DNA of 63,920 nt, counting the filler, from Octopus bimaculoides (taxonomy: Eukaryota), in NCBI RefSeq assembly GCF_001194135.2. It is 5 parts of 4 records of this genome, joined end to end, with 100 filler letters (N's around TTAATTAATTAA, not from the genome) between each part and the next. Parts side by side here need not be neighbours in the genome. Positions count along the whole stretch, not along the records: positions 1 to 17,874 come from NC_068984.1; positions 17,975 to 44,626 come from NC_068984.1; 3 more parts are not named here. One strand, written 5' to 3'. The position numbers and the translations under genes are program-made. Below, one piece after another: positions 12,351 through 25,113 of the stretch; position 1 is the stretch's first letter; each line of letters starts with the position of its first letter. Below the pieces are notes generated by a model. The model was not told where the DNA came from. It did not search any database and saw only the letters and a list, made by a program, of their open reading frames with translations.

Positions 12351-12964
12351 CACAACATAGTGAAACTGGTGTCCCAGTATACTGTGAGCCAATGAGCCAA
12401 GCATATTGAACTCAATGTTGTTATAAAGGTTAGAAGTTATTCTCCTATGATTTACACTACAGCAACCAGCATATTCTGTCTGAACCATGTCTAGAACATG
12501 TTAAAAATAAATTTGTGAATAAAAGTTTATATACATATTGTTTTATTTGGATAGGGTCATTTTTGTTTTTTGATTTTTTTTTTGTTTTTTGCCAAATATC
12601 CACATGTACTCTATACTTATTCTTCACCTCAGCTTTATTATTCTTATTTTAGAGTCTTTTGTCTGAAATCTTTTGTTACACATACTGTAACCTCTTTGGC
12701 AACTCTCCATCCCACAGAAAGACAAAATGGAATAAACAGAACAGGAGGAGACATGTGAGATTAAGAGTTACTGAAGAGGTCACAGGATGTGTGACAAAAG
12801 ATTTCAGACAAAAGACACTGAAATAAGAAGAATAGTAAAGCTGAAGTGAAAAGGGAAAAACGTAAAAAAAAAAACCATCTCCAAATATAACAATATTTGT
12901 TTCAATTCATGATTTCATATCAGGAATCTTGCAAACAAATACATAAACATGACAGAAACAAAGG

Positions 12965-13415
12965 TGCAGGCGTGGCTTTGTGGCCAGAGGCTTCCTTCTC
13001 AACTACATGGTTGTGGGTTTAGTCCAGTGAGTGACACCTTAGGTAAGTGTCTTTTACTATAGCCTTGGGCTGACCAAAGCGTTGTGAGTGAATTTGATAG
13101 ATGAAAACTGAAAGAAGCCTATCGCATATATACATACATACATACATATATATATATATACATACATACATATGCATATATGTGTGCGTGTCTGTGTTTA
13201 TATGTGTGTGTCAGTGTTTGTTCCTCTACCATTGCTTGACAACTGATGCTGGAGTGTTTCCATGTAATTTAACAGCTTGACAAAAGAGACTAAGAAAATA
13301 AATACCAAGCTTACAAAGAATAAGTCCCAGGGTAGATTTCCTTGACTAAAACCCTTTAAGGCGGTGCTCCAGCATGAGCAAAGTCAAATGACTGAAACAA
13401 GTAAACAAATAAAAT
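12965..13415 (+). mobile_element. SINE family A, full length
   Basis: ggtgcaggcgtggctttgtgg...ggcggtgctccagcatgagcaaagtcaaatgactgaaacaagtaaa. Confidence 0.85.
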
Positions 13416-14286
13416 ACTAACAAAATTTATATATACATATATATTAGATTTATATAAAAAAGGAATTATATATGACAAGGGTGCTTTTTATAAAAGACAC
13501 CAGCTTTGCTTAACATAAGAGTTAAAACACAGTGCTTTAACTCCTTGTATCTATGCAAGTGTGCAGAGATGTTAAGATATACATATATAGATATATACAC
13601 ATATTACATAGACGCATACACACACACACATACATATATACATGATTATATGTATGTGTCTAAATACGTTTGTGTGTGTGCTTTTGAATATCTGTGTATA
13701 TAAATGTATATATGCATATATGTATATCTATCTAGCTTTCTATCTATCTATCTACCTATATACTTACACACATAAATATATTTATATACATATCTGTATG
13801 TATATATGCATATATATGTATGTATGCATGTGTATATATATATATATATGTACATATGTGTATATATGCGGGTGTGTTTGTATGTATGTGTGTACATAAA
13901 ATTCATTGTGATATTAGAGCAACTGCGTTACCTTCTGCATGTCAAGTACTCTATACTTAAAGAACTAAACTGATTGTAGCCATTTGACCTTACGCAGGCA
14001 AGCCATCTCCAGAAGGAGATATGAAAAAATAGCCATTTGCACTTGAAGTACAGCTGAAAGAACAGCAAATTGAACTTTTAATATGAATACTTTTTATGAA
14101 TTGCAATATAGTATCATAGATGAGAGGACATCTGATTCATTCTGATATGACTTCCTTATGTATGTATGTATGTACATATCTATGTGTCTGTATATTTATG
14201 TATGTATAATATGCATGTATGCACACATGAAATTGTGTGTATTTGTGTGTGTTTGTGTGTATGTACATATATATAAAAGTACATAC

Positions 14287-14336
<50 letters not shown>

Positions 14337-14338
<2 letters not shown>

Positions 14339-14495
14339 TCATCATCATTGTTTAACGTCCGCTTTCCATGCTAGCATGGGTTGGACGATTTGACTGAGGA
14401 CTGGTGAAACCGGATGGCAACACCAGGCTCCAATCTAATTTGGCAGAGTTTCTACAGCTGGATGCCCTTCCTAACGCCAACCACTCAGAGAGTGG
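14337..14495 (-). mobile_element. RTE-type 3' tail (LINE end or partner SINE)
   Basis: catcatcattgtttaacgtccgctttccatgctagcatgggttggacg...ctggatgcccttcctaacgccaacca. Confidence 0.75.
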
Positions 14496-15172
14496 TTATA
14501 TNNNNNNNNNNNNNNNNNNNNNNNNNNNNNNNNNNNNNNNNNNNNNNNNNNNNNNNNNNNNNNNNNNNNNNNNNNNNNNNNNNNNNNNNNNNNNNNNNNN
14601 NNNNNNNNNNNNNNNNNNNNNNNNNNNNNNNNNNNNNNNNNNNNNNNNNNNNNNNNNNNNNNNNNNNNNNNNNNNNNNNNNNNNNNNNNNNNNNNNNNNN
14701 NNNNNNNNNNNNNNNNNNNNNNNNNNNNNNNNNNNNNNNNNNNNNNNNNNNNNNNNNNNNNNNNNNNNNNNNNNNNNNNNNNNNNNNNNNNNNNNNNNNN
14801 NNNNNNNNNNNNNNNNNNNNNNNNNNNNNNNNNNNNNNNNNNNNNNNNNNNNNNNNNNNNNNNNNNNNNNNNNNNNNNNNNNNNNNNNNNNNNNNNNNNN
14901 NNNNNNNNNNNNNNNNNNNNNNNNNNNNNNNNNNNNNNNNNNNNNNNNNNNNNNNNNNNNNNNNNNNNNNNNNNNNNNNNNNNNNNNNNNNNNNNNNNNN
15001 NNNNNNNNNNNNNNNNNNNNNNNNNNTGAAGATGTGCCAAAAAGCCTCATTGGTACTCGGAAACTTTTACGAAAATTAAAATGGGGATTAAATGAAAGAA
15101 ATGATTTACGTGAATATCCTCACAAGAGTAATTGAAATAAATGGCGATTGTGGAACCCCCACGCACGAAGGC

Positions 15173-15468
15173 ACACGCGTGCGCATACACACGTGTGTCT
15201 TTGTAAATATGTTTGTATACATTTGTGTTTGTGTGTGTTTGTAAGAGACAGAGTGTGAGTGAGAGAGAGAGGTTTGTTGTCATGTATACGTACATGCATA
15301 AATGTACATACATCTTTGGATGTATGCATATGACAACACAGCCCTTGACTCACTCACACTCTGTCTCTTACAAACACGCATGCGTGCACATACACGTGTG
15401 TCTTTGTAAATATGTTTGTATACATTTATGTATGTGTGTGTTTGTAAGAGACAGAGTGTGAGTGAGTG
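15173..15468. repeat. Direct duplication (~200-bp period) with an intervening inverted copy
   Basis: 15173-15263 repeated at 15373-15465; perfect 29-bp inverted copy of 15235-15263 at 15349-15377. Confidence 0.85.
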
Positions 15469-15545
15469 AAGGTGTGTGTGTGTGTGCGTGTGTATGTGTG
15501 TGNNNNNNNNNNNNNNNNNNNATATATATATTTCGTTTTATGCAT

Positions 15546-15910
15546 GCTTAGGAGTGGCTGGCTCTGTGGTAAGTAGCTTGCTTACCAACCACATGGTTTC
15601 AGGTTTAGTCCCACTGTGTGGTACCTTGGGCAAGTGTCTTCTGCTATAGCCTCGGGCTGACCAAAGCCTTGTGAGTGGATTTGGTAGACAGAAACTAGAA
15701 GAAGCCTGTCGTAAATGTGTGTGTGTTAGTGTTTGTGCCCCCACCATAACTTGACAACTGATTCTGGTGTGTTTACATCCCCATAATTCAGCAGTCCGAC
15801 AAAAGAGACTGATAGAGTAAGTATTAGGCTTACAAAGAATAAGTTTTGGAGTCGATTTGTTCGACGAAAGGCAGTGCTCCAGCATAGCTGCAGTCAAATG
15901 AAGAGACAGA
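15546..15910 (+). mobile_element. SINE family A, full length
   Basis: ggagtggctggctctgtggtaagtagcttgcttaccaacc...gtgctccagcatagctgcagtcaaatg. Confidence 0.9.
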
Positions 15911-16139
15911 AAACCATTACTGTCGTTAGTCATAGGCATAAGCAAAATATAAAATGATTGAGGTAGTGAGTGATTGAGTGAGAGGAGAATACTAAAGGCA
16001 AGGATGCATGGAGCAAGATTAAGAAAGATGAAAGCAAAGGCTGAAGGAATATGGATGACAGTGGTATGATCAATAGACAAATGAATGATGTAGTGATAGA
16101 GGCAATATTAGTATTATTGCTAGGGCAGAATCATTAGTC

Positions 16140-16325
16140 TACCGTACAAAATGCTTAGCGGCATTATGCCTGTTTTCATGCTCTGAGTTCAAATTCCACT
16201 GAGATCAACTTTGCTTTTCATCCTTTCGGGGTCGATAAAATAAATACCTGTTGAGTACTGGGATTGATGCAATTGACCTACTCCTGCCCCAAAATTTCTG
16301 GCCTTGTGCCAAAATTTGAAATTAA
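16140..16325 (+). mobile_element. SINE family B fragment
   Basis: aaaatgcttagcggcatt...ctgagttcaaattcc..gagatcaactttgcttttcatcctttcggggtcgataaaa. Confidence 0.8.
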
Positions 16326-16785
16326 TTTCAGTATTATTGCTAATAGGGAGGTGAATCACTGCTATCTTTAGTGGTTGAGTGATCATCATTGGAAAGATCA
16401 AGGAAGAACTGGTGCAATCTGGTGGCTTTGGCATTGGAGATGGTATGGGTTTTTCTCTGCACTTGTGATGTAAATAAGAGTCCATTTTGCATTAAAAGTC
16501 AATATGAGGGTTTCTCTCTTGGTAAATACTGCAGTATAGTTTGTTCTAACAGAACATTCATGTTTAAGTGGGGATAAATATTAGACCTAGATGAATGGTA
16601 GAGAGATGTATGAATTAAGAGACTAGAGATAGAAGGGTGAGTAATATGAATATTAGATGGGTAAGTGATTATCAAAGAAATAAATCAATGATATAGAATA
16701 GACCCAGGGAAGACATACGCGCGTATAGGTGCAAACATACACATGCCTCACAATACATACCTGTACATATACTTACCTGTACATA

Positions 16786-17022
16786 GGGCGGCAAGCTGGC
16801 AGAAACGTTAGCACGCCGGGCGAAATGCTTAGCGGTATTTTGTCTGCCGCTACGTCCTGAGTTCAAATTCTGCCGAGGTCGACTTTGCCTTTCATCCTTT
16901 CGGGGTCAATTAAATAAGTACCAGTTACGCACTGAGGTCGATATAATCGATTTAGTCTGTTTGTCTGTCTATCCTTGTTTGTCCCCTCTGTGTGTAGCCC
17001 CTTGTGGGTAGTAAAGAAATAG
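16786..17022 (+). mobile_element. SINE family B, full length, recent insertion
   Basis: 12-bp TSD tacctgtacata at 16774-16785 and 17023-17034. Confidence 0.9.
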
Positions 17023-17186
17023 TACCTGTACATATACAAATACATATAACACTATAACACACACGCACAAATATATACGTATATATATATATATATGGGA
17101 GGATATACAAAAAATAACAACAAACGAGGACAGGTGGTGTAAATAACAAAAGTATATATTAGTATGACGCTCGGGAATACGGAAAG

Positions 17187-17223
17187 TCTTTGACGTTTCG
17201 AGCTACGCTCTTCAACAGAAAGA
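17187..17223 (-). ncRNA. Minimal type-I hammerhead-like motif (family H2, A6U core) within a 129-bp repeat at 17098-17226
   Basis: TCTTT-CTGTTGA-A-GAGC-gta-GCTC-GAA-ACGT-C-AAAGA on the minus strand. Confidence 0.6.
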
Positions 17224-17241
17224 ATAGGCATATATGTATAC

Positions 17242-17288
<47 letters not shown>

Positions 17289-17823
17289 AACATTTATAAA
17301 TAAATGTGATTATGTGCATTTAACATACGAGAACTCCCACACTCACACATTTATCACAAACAGAGAGGAAGAACGAGGTTAAAAAACGAATAATTTCTCC
17401 CAAAAATGAGATTCAGAATCTTCATATGAATTTCAATCATACAACAAAAAAAACTAAAACAAAAATGTGTTTACGCAATTCTAATACTGATAATATTGAA
17501 AATGGTAATAAAAATGTGTAATAAATAAATAAATAAGTAAAGAAAAGATATGAATAGCAGCATTTAATTTTTTTCTTTAAATTTTCATTTTAGAACTTTT
17601 AGCATTTTCTAAGGGTAAAGTAAATAATAAAATGAAGATTATAATGAATTGCAAAAGAAAAGAGAAAAAATTTAACCTTAAAGTTGGTAAAAAGAAAACC
17701 TATACATACATATAAATATACATATATGTGTTGTGAGTATGTGGGTGTATGTATGTATATATGTCATATATATTTATATGTGATAGTGGATATGTATGTA
17801 TGTATGTATATACATATTTGTAT

Positions 17824-17874
<51 letters not shown>

Positions 17875-17974
17875 NNNNNNNNNNNNNNNNNNNNNNNNNN
17901 NNNNNNNNNNNNNNNNNNTTAATTAATTAANNNNNNNNNNNNNNNNNNNNNNNNNNNNNNNNNNNNNNNNNNNN
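17875..17974. other. Synthetic scaffold spacer 44N-TTAATTAATTAA-44N (assembly artefact)
   Basis: Exactly 100 bp; the same construct occurs at 44627, 55777 and 59256. Confidence 0.95.
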
Positions 17975-18075
17975 CGGTGGTTCGGGGTGGAAGGGAGTGA
18001 AGTATTTCAGACATTTCTTGATATTTCACGGTGATGTGGTTCCGCTTAATGATATATTGATGTACCTTTGTGTGT

Positions 18076-18120
<45 letters not shown>

Positions 18121-18334
18121 TGTGAGTGTGGGTAAGTGTGTGTGTGATATGTACATATATATATACATGTAAAGGTACGTATGCATCTATATGTATATGT
18201 GTGTGTGTGTGTGTAAATATATGTATGTATATACGTTTATATAGATGAGTTTATGTATATGTTCATTTGGATATATGCGCACGTATGTGTATGTTTGTAT
18301 GCTCACACGCACACACACACATATATACATACAG

Positions 18335-18366
<32 letters not shown>

Positions 18367-18845
18367 CATATACACAGATATACGTGCGTTTACATATGTG
18401 TACGTGTACACACACACACACACACAAACATATTTTAAAAAAGAGTGAGAAATAGAGTTTGATGGAATGTAAGACTGTCCGCATGTGAGCCAAGGTGCAT
18501 ATACATGTTTCTCTTGTGTGTGGGTGCGTGCGTGTGTATGCCAGTATATATACTCACAACTATGCAGACATTTATTTATAAGGCCAAATGTAGAGGAACG
18601 CTTCACGTGAAACGCTGTTTTGTTATTACATTTCTATTAGATAAATATGTATGTTTGTATATACACACATTTACATATATCTTTATGGTGTACTTGAAGA
18701 GGCTTAAAGCACGGAGCTACAACTGCCTTAAAGAAGTCTCGAAGGATATGCAATGGTAGATATATGATCGGCCATTATTATGATTGACCGTTGACTGAAC
18801 ACTATTCAATTTTTTTTCTCCGTGTTTTTCTCCTTGTCTCCGTAT

Positions 18846-18882
18846 TCTTTCTGTTGAAGAGCGTAGCTCGAAACGTCAAAGA
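18846..18882 (+). ncRNA. Minimal type-I hammerhead-like motif (family H2, A6U core) within a 129-bp repeat at 18843-18971
   Basis: Identical motif to 17187-17223; the host repeats are 127/129 identical in inverted orientation. Confidence 0.6.
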
Positions 18883-19139
18883 CTTTCCGTATTCCCGAGC
18901 GTCATACTAATATATACTTTTGTTATTTACACCACCTGTCCTCGTCTGTTGTTATTTTTTGTATATTCTCCTAGATATATATATATATACATATACATAT
19001 ACATATACATACATATATACACACACACATATATTTGTATATATATATACATATATATATACATACATGCACACACCCACACTCACACACGCATGCATGC
19101 ACACACACACTCCTACATACATATCTGGAAGATCCTGGG

Positions 19140-19680
19140 AACTAGCGCAGTCATCATCATCATCAGCATCATCATCATCATCATCACCACCACCATCATC
19201 ATCATTATATTACCACCACCACGACCACCACCACTATTACCACCATTATCACCACAAATAATATCATCACGACCACGACCACCACCATCCCCACAGCCAC
19301 AAGTATCACCACCCCTCACCACCACCACATCTACCATCACCATCAATATTACTACCACGACCCTCACCACTTCCACCCCAACCACTACTACCACCATCAT
19401 CATCAATACCTCTGCAGCACAAGCACCACTGCCACCTGCACCACCATCAACAACAACAACAACACTACCACGACCACAACCATCAGAACACTATCACCCC
19501 TTACCACCACCACCACCACCATCACCACCATCATCATCATCATCATCACCACTTCTGCAACTTACGTTACCAACACAAGCACCACCAGCACCACCACCAC
19601 CACCACCACTACCACTACCACCACCACTACCACCACCACCAATAACAACAATAACAACAACAATAATAACGACATCAGAT
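19140..19680. repeat. Compound (CAT)n/(CAC)n/(AAC)n microsatellite tract
   Basis: Direct inspection. Confidence 0.9.
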
Positions 19681-20013
19681 TCTACGCCCAGGGGCCTCCA
19701 AGATAGTGATTCCATCATCCTGGGATATGGTGAAATGTATATACGCCTAGCATTCACGAAATTCTACGCAAAGTGTCTGTAAAATTAATGTGGTCTCTGT
19801 AATATGCCATAAGGTACCGACTTTCCCTTCTAGTTAACTAGTCTGGGACAAGGAAGGTGTGGTTCTTCCGACATTTTTTATTCCAAGCATAAACGTGTTT
19901 TTTTCCCAAATGTGAAAGACAATCGTTTGTAATACGACGAGTTTTATTCACTCCCTAAAGCAACAGCAACAACAACAACAACGGAAACAGCCAAAAGAAA
20001 CGAACTGAGTATC

Positions 20014-20059
<46 letters not shown>

Positions 20060-20658
20060 TGTGCGTGCATGTTTATGCATGTGTATGCATATCCATCCAT
20101 CCATCCATTTATCCATCCATTTATCTATCTATCTATCTATCTATCTAACGTCATAAGATTTCATAAACTTCGAGAGAATGCGAAATAGTTCTGTATATAT
20201 ATATATATATATATATACAGTAATCTCTCGATTATCGTGTGTGTTACGTTCCAAATCCTCCCACAGAAATAATTCCCTTTGCACGATATAACATGATATA
20301 ACCCGATAAAAACAAGTCTGAAACAGCTGTAGAGAAACACAATCCATCTTTAGTTATTTATTTATCATTCACTTAACTCGGAACCTGCAATTCATTTGCA
20401 TCTAGAGTCTATACAATGCGCTGCAATACGTGTAGTGAGTGTACCTATGTGTGTGCTTGACGACTCGCTGTGTATTCAGTCAGCCATTTGTGAATGTACG
20501 CAAAATCGGAGTACAAATACGTGTGTACTTTAGTAAGTATGTATTTATTCTTAAACATTGTACTCGATAGCGTTATCACTGTGCTTTACTATTTAAAGAC
20601 CTACTTCTCTTGAATCCTGGAAATATTTTACATACGTACATACATTCATATATACATA

Positions 20659-21260
20659 CAGGTGAATAAATTATCGTCTAAATTACGCAAAAATGAAAAT
20701 GACATCTCATTTTAACAGATATATTTATCAAAATTACATAAAAAGATCTGGAAATACTAAGGAGTAAATTTATTCAATAAAATCGCCATTAGTTTCAACC
20801 ACGGCCTGCAGACGACTTCGGAATCTTCTGCAAATCTTCTGGACGGTCTCCTTGTTTAAGTTGGTCAATGCTACCATAATCTTTGCCTTCAGTTCACCTT
20901 TGGTGTTACAATGAGTTTTGTTAGTCTCTCGCTCAACTGCAACCCACACATAATAATCAAGGGGGTTGCAGTCTGGGGAGTTAACTGGCCAGCTGTTATG
21001 GGTGGTGTGGTCACAGAAAATGTCTGACAGCCATGACTGAGTTCTCCTACTTGTGTGGCATGGTGCAGAGACCTGTTGCTAGACACAGGGTCTTTCAGCA
21101 ACCACCCTCTTGACTCAGGGCAGCACTACCTCCTCCAGGTACTTGATGTAGGCCTCCGTGTTGAGTCTGAGGCCGTGTGGAAAGACGAATGGAGGTGTAA
21201 TGTCACCATCACTAGTGATCACTCCAAACACCATGATATTGACTGGATGACTGATTTTTT
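20659..21260 (-). mobile_element. Tc1/mariner DD37D (maT-type) transposase C-terminal remnant with probable right TIR
   Basis: HPVNIMVFGVITSDG...QQVSAPCH...WPVNSPDCNPLDYYVW...RLQAVVETNGDFIE* (stop 20770); 37 residues between the second D position (mutated to V) and the D of NPLD; internal stops; ta|caggtgaataaattatcgtctaaatt end. Confidence 0.9.
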
Positions 21261-21520
21261 ATCACTCACGGATTGACATTCAAACTCTGGAGCTATTGGC
21301 GCGAATACCAAGTAATATAGCATGTCCTTTCCAGATGTATAACAGAGTGAATTGCGTCATGATGCTGTTTTTCTCACAGACAGTGCCCAGCAGACCCTAC
21401 AATACTGTATAGTCGACAAAATCAAAAACAAACAATGCGCATGCGATAAATTGAAAATACAAAATACCGACAATTTACCCATCGCACCCAGTATATACAC
21501 ACACAAATACACACACACAA

Positions 21521-21591
<71 letters not shown>

Positions 21592-21846
21592 NNNNNNNNN
21601 NNNNNNNNNNNNNNNNNNNNNNNNNNNNNNNNNNNNNNNNNNNNNAAAAAAAAAAAAAAAAACAATATATACACACTTCAGGAAAGGAAAAAGTTAAGTT
21701 TGTATAAATATTTAACTTGTATAAGTGCCTCTGTAAATATAAATAGTTGTTACAATGTTTCATTGAATTGCAATAACACCGAATTAAAATATTCATACAG
21801 ATCTTTCTTTCCATGAAGTGTGTATACATAATTTGGGTGGACTCTG

Positions 21847-21939
<93 letters not shown>

Positions 21940-22265
21940 CACATTGTATATATCATTCACACACACATATATACGTGTCTTCGTGAAGAGTCGGACAAAG
22001 AGGCCTGCAAACCTCTCGAACCTCTTTAGAAGTTGTATAGAACGAAAATACAGAGTAATTAATTATTGTGAATAGATTATGTATATATACATGGGTACAC
22101 ATATGCATATATTCACATATAAGTATACCTATCTATGTATCTATCTATCCATTCATCTATCTATTATAATATGAACATATATATATATATATATATTATA
22201 TTTACAGACATGAACAGACACACTCATACAATTCACACACACATACGCGCACACACATTCACACA

Positions 22266-22296
<31 letters not shown>

Positions 22297-22298
<2 letters not shown>

Positions 22299-22410
22299 TC
22301 CCGAAAGGCTGAAAGGCAAAGTCGACCTCGGCGGAATTTGAGCTCAGTACGTAAAGATGGACGAAACGCCGCTAAGCACTTTTTTCTGGCGTATTAACAA
22401 TTTTGCCTGC
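22297..22410 (-). mobile_element. SINE family B fragment
   Basis: cccgaaaggctgaaaggcaaagtcgacctcggcggaatttgagctcag...ctaagcac. Confidence 0.8.
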
Positions 22411-22507
22411 TTGCCTCTTTTGAACAATGAACATAAAAACTGATAACACAAAAGGAACATATTTGGGAAAGAATGTATCAACTTAGTAGTTAAACGAAAA
22501 GCGTAGT

Positions 22508-22545
22508 TTCGTAATGTTTCGCGCATAAGCCCTTCATCATAAGAA
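22508..22545 (-). ncRNA. Decayed minimal hammerhead motif (family H5)
   Basis: TTCTT-ATGATGA-A-GGGC-ttat-GCGC-GAA-ACAT-T-ACGAA; four substitutions from a perfect fold. Confidence 0.45.
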
Positions 22546-22990
22546 GAGAAAGGAACGTAATAGCAGTGATAAGAAGAAATATTAAGTAAATAATAAAAAA
22601 AAAAACAGCCGAGGAATTCCAAACAAGGTGGGAATGCTGTTTTCGGATTGTGTTCAGAATGGAGGATTCTGTGGGTGTGTGGAAGCATGTTTGAGATTGT
22701 ATCTGGGAAAATGAATGTATTTATGTGTGAACGTGTGTGTGCGTAATAGTCAGATGGGTGGTGTGGAAACGTATGTAAGAGGGTGTGAGTGAAAGAAGGT
22801 CGAATGCAGGGGAAAAAATATATATTGATGAAGGCACATGGTATGCTAAAAGCATTACATATGTATGTGCTTGCATTTGTATATTTGTGTGCATATATGC
22901 AAATATATATACATATATATGTATATATATATATATAAATACACATATATATATATGTATATATGTATATATTTAAATACATATGCATAC

Positions 22991-23089
<99 letters not shown>

Positions 23090-23530
23090 NNNNNNNNNNN
23101 NNNNNNNNNNNNNNNNNNNNNNNNNNNNNNNNNNNNNNNNNNNNNNNNNNNNNNNNNNNNNNNNNNNNNNNNNNNNNNNNNNNNNNNNNNNNNNNNNNNN
23201 NNNNNNNNNNNNNNNNNNNNNNNNNNNNNNNNNNNNNNNNNNNNNNNNNNNNNNNNNNNNNNNNNNNNNNNNNNNNNNNNNNNNNNNNNNNNNNNNNNNN
23301 NNNNNNNNNNNNNNNNNNNNNNNNNNNNNNNNNNNNNNNNNNNNNNNNNNNNNNNNNNNNNNNNNNNNNNNNNNNNNNNNNNNNNNNNNNNNNNNNNNNN
23401 NNNNNNNNNNNNNNNNNNNNNNNNNNNNNNNNNNNNNNNNNNNNNNNNNNNNNNNNNNNNNNNNNNNNNNNNNNNNNNNNNNNNNNNNNNNNNNNNNNNN
23501 NNNNNNNNNNNNNNNNNNNNNNNNNNNNNN

Positions 23531-23564
<34 letters not shown>

Positions 23565-23783
23565 TGTATGTGTGTAAATGTGAATGTATGTATGCATATA
23601 TTTGTGTGTGTGTGTTTGTAGTCACGCAGAAAAAACAACTGTATTCGTTTGTGAATAGGAGAAAAAGTGAGTCTTTAGAGAATTGCATATGGCCAACACT
23701 TCAGACGTATCGGAATACAGAGAAAATATATGATTGACTGATTTCCACACCCTCAATAAGAAATATTGATAATAATAATAATG

Positions 23784-23826
<43 letters not shown>

Positions 23827-23943
23827 AACTACTAGTAGTAGTAATAGTAGCAGCAGCAGTAGTTGTATTGGTGGTGGTCGTCGTGGTCGTGTTAACAGTA
23901 ATAACAATGATAATAATGGTATTAGTAGTAGCAGTAATAGCAG

Positions 23944-24019
<76 letters not shown>

Positions 24020-25059
24020 NNNNNNNNNNNNNNNNNNNNNNNNNNNNNNNNNNNNNNNNNNNNNNNNNNNNNNNNNNNNNNNNNNNNNNNNNNNNNNNNN
24101 NNNNNNNNNNNNNNNNNNNNNNNNNNNNNNNNNNNNNNNNNNNNNNNNNNNNNNNNNNNNNNNNNNNNNNNNNNNNNNNNNNNNNNNNNNNNNNNNNNNN
24201 NNNNNNNNNNNNNNNNNNNNNNNNNNNNNNNNNNNNNNNNNNNNNNNNNNNNNNNNNNNNNNNNNNNNNNNNNNNNNNNNNNNNNNNNNNNNNNNNNNNN
24301 NNNNNNNNNNNNNNNNNNNNNNNNNNNNNNNNNNNNNNNNNNNNNNNNNNNNNNNNNNNNNNNNNNNNNNNNNNNNNNNNNNNNNNNNNNNNNNNNNNNN
24401 NNNNNNNNNNNNNNNNNNNNNNNNNNNNNNNNNNNNNNNNNNNNNNNNNNNNNNNNNNNNNNNNNNNNNNNNNNNNNNNNNNNNNNNNNNNNNNNNNNNN
24501 NNNNNNNNNNNNNNNNNNNNNNNNNNNNNNNNNNNNNNNNNNNNNNNNNNNNNNNNNNNNNNNNNNNNNNNNNNNNNNNNNNNNNNNNNNNNNNNNNNNN
24601 NNNNNNNNNNNNNNNNNNNNNNNNNNNNNNNNNNNNNNNNNNNNNNNNNNNNNNNNNNNNNNNNNNNNNNNNNNNNNNNNNNNNNNNNNNNNNNNNNNNN
24701 NNNNNNNNNNNNNNNNNNNNNNNNNNNNNNNNNNNNNNNNNNNNNNNNNNNNNNNNNNNNNNNNNNNNNNNNNCAATAAAACACACGCACTGTATATTTG
24801 GTGTTAATTTGCTTCAGCTTTATATTACATTAATCTTAATCTTATTTTGGCCAGAGTTCTTTCGTCACACTTCTGTGACCTCATCAGTGGTCCTTTGTTT
24901 CCTTCCTTCTTATGTGTATCTCACATATATATGTACGTGTGTGTTTGTGTGTGCATGTATGCATGCATGTATACACATAAGAATACATAGATTCATCCAT
25001 CCCTTTAACCGTCTATCCATTCATCTCTTCATCTATCCATACATACATGTGTGTGTGTG

Positions 25060-25113
<54 letters not shown>

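Noticed and set aside
12335-12377. CTGATGA-ggcacaacatagt-GAAAC-tggt-GTC hammerhead-like string
   Set aside because: Stem II needs a 3-nt deletion to be restored and stem I does not pair adjacent to the core
15028-15150. LTRVIEINGD peptide resembling a Tc1 C-terminus
   Set aside because: Too short, and no other transposase motif in frame
17919-17930. TTAATTAATTAA islands inside N runs (also 44671, 55821, 59300) as a biological motif
   Set aside because: Identical 44N flanks and stops in all six frames show a synthetic join marker; adjacency across these points is unreliable
20300-20335. ccgataaaaacaagtctgaaacagctgtag resembling H3
   Set aside because: G8 is lost, stem II is only 2 bp and there is no stem I
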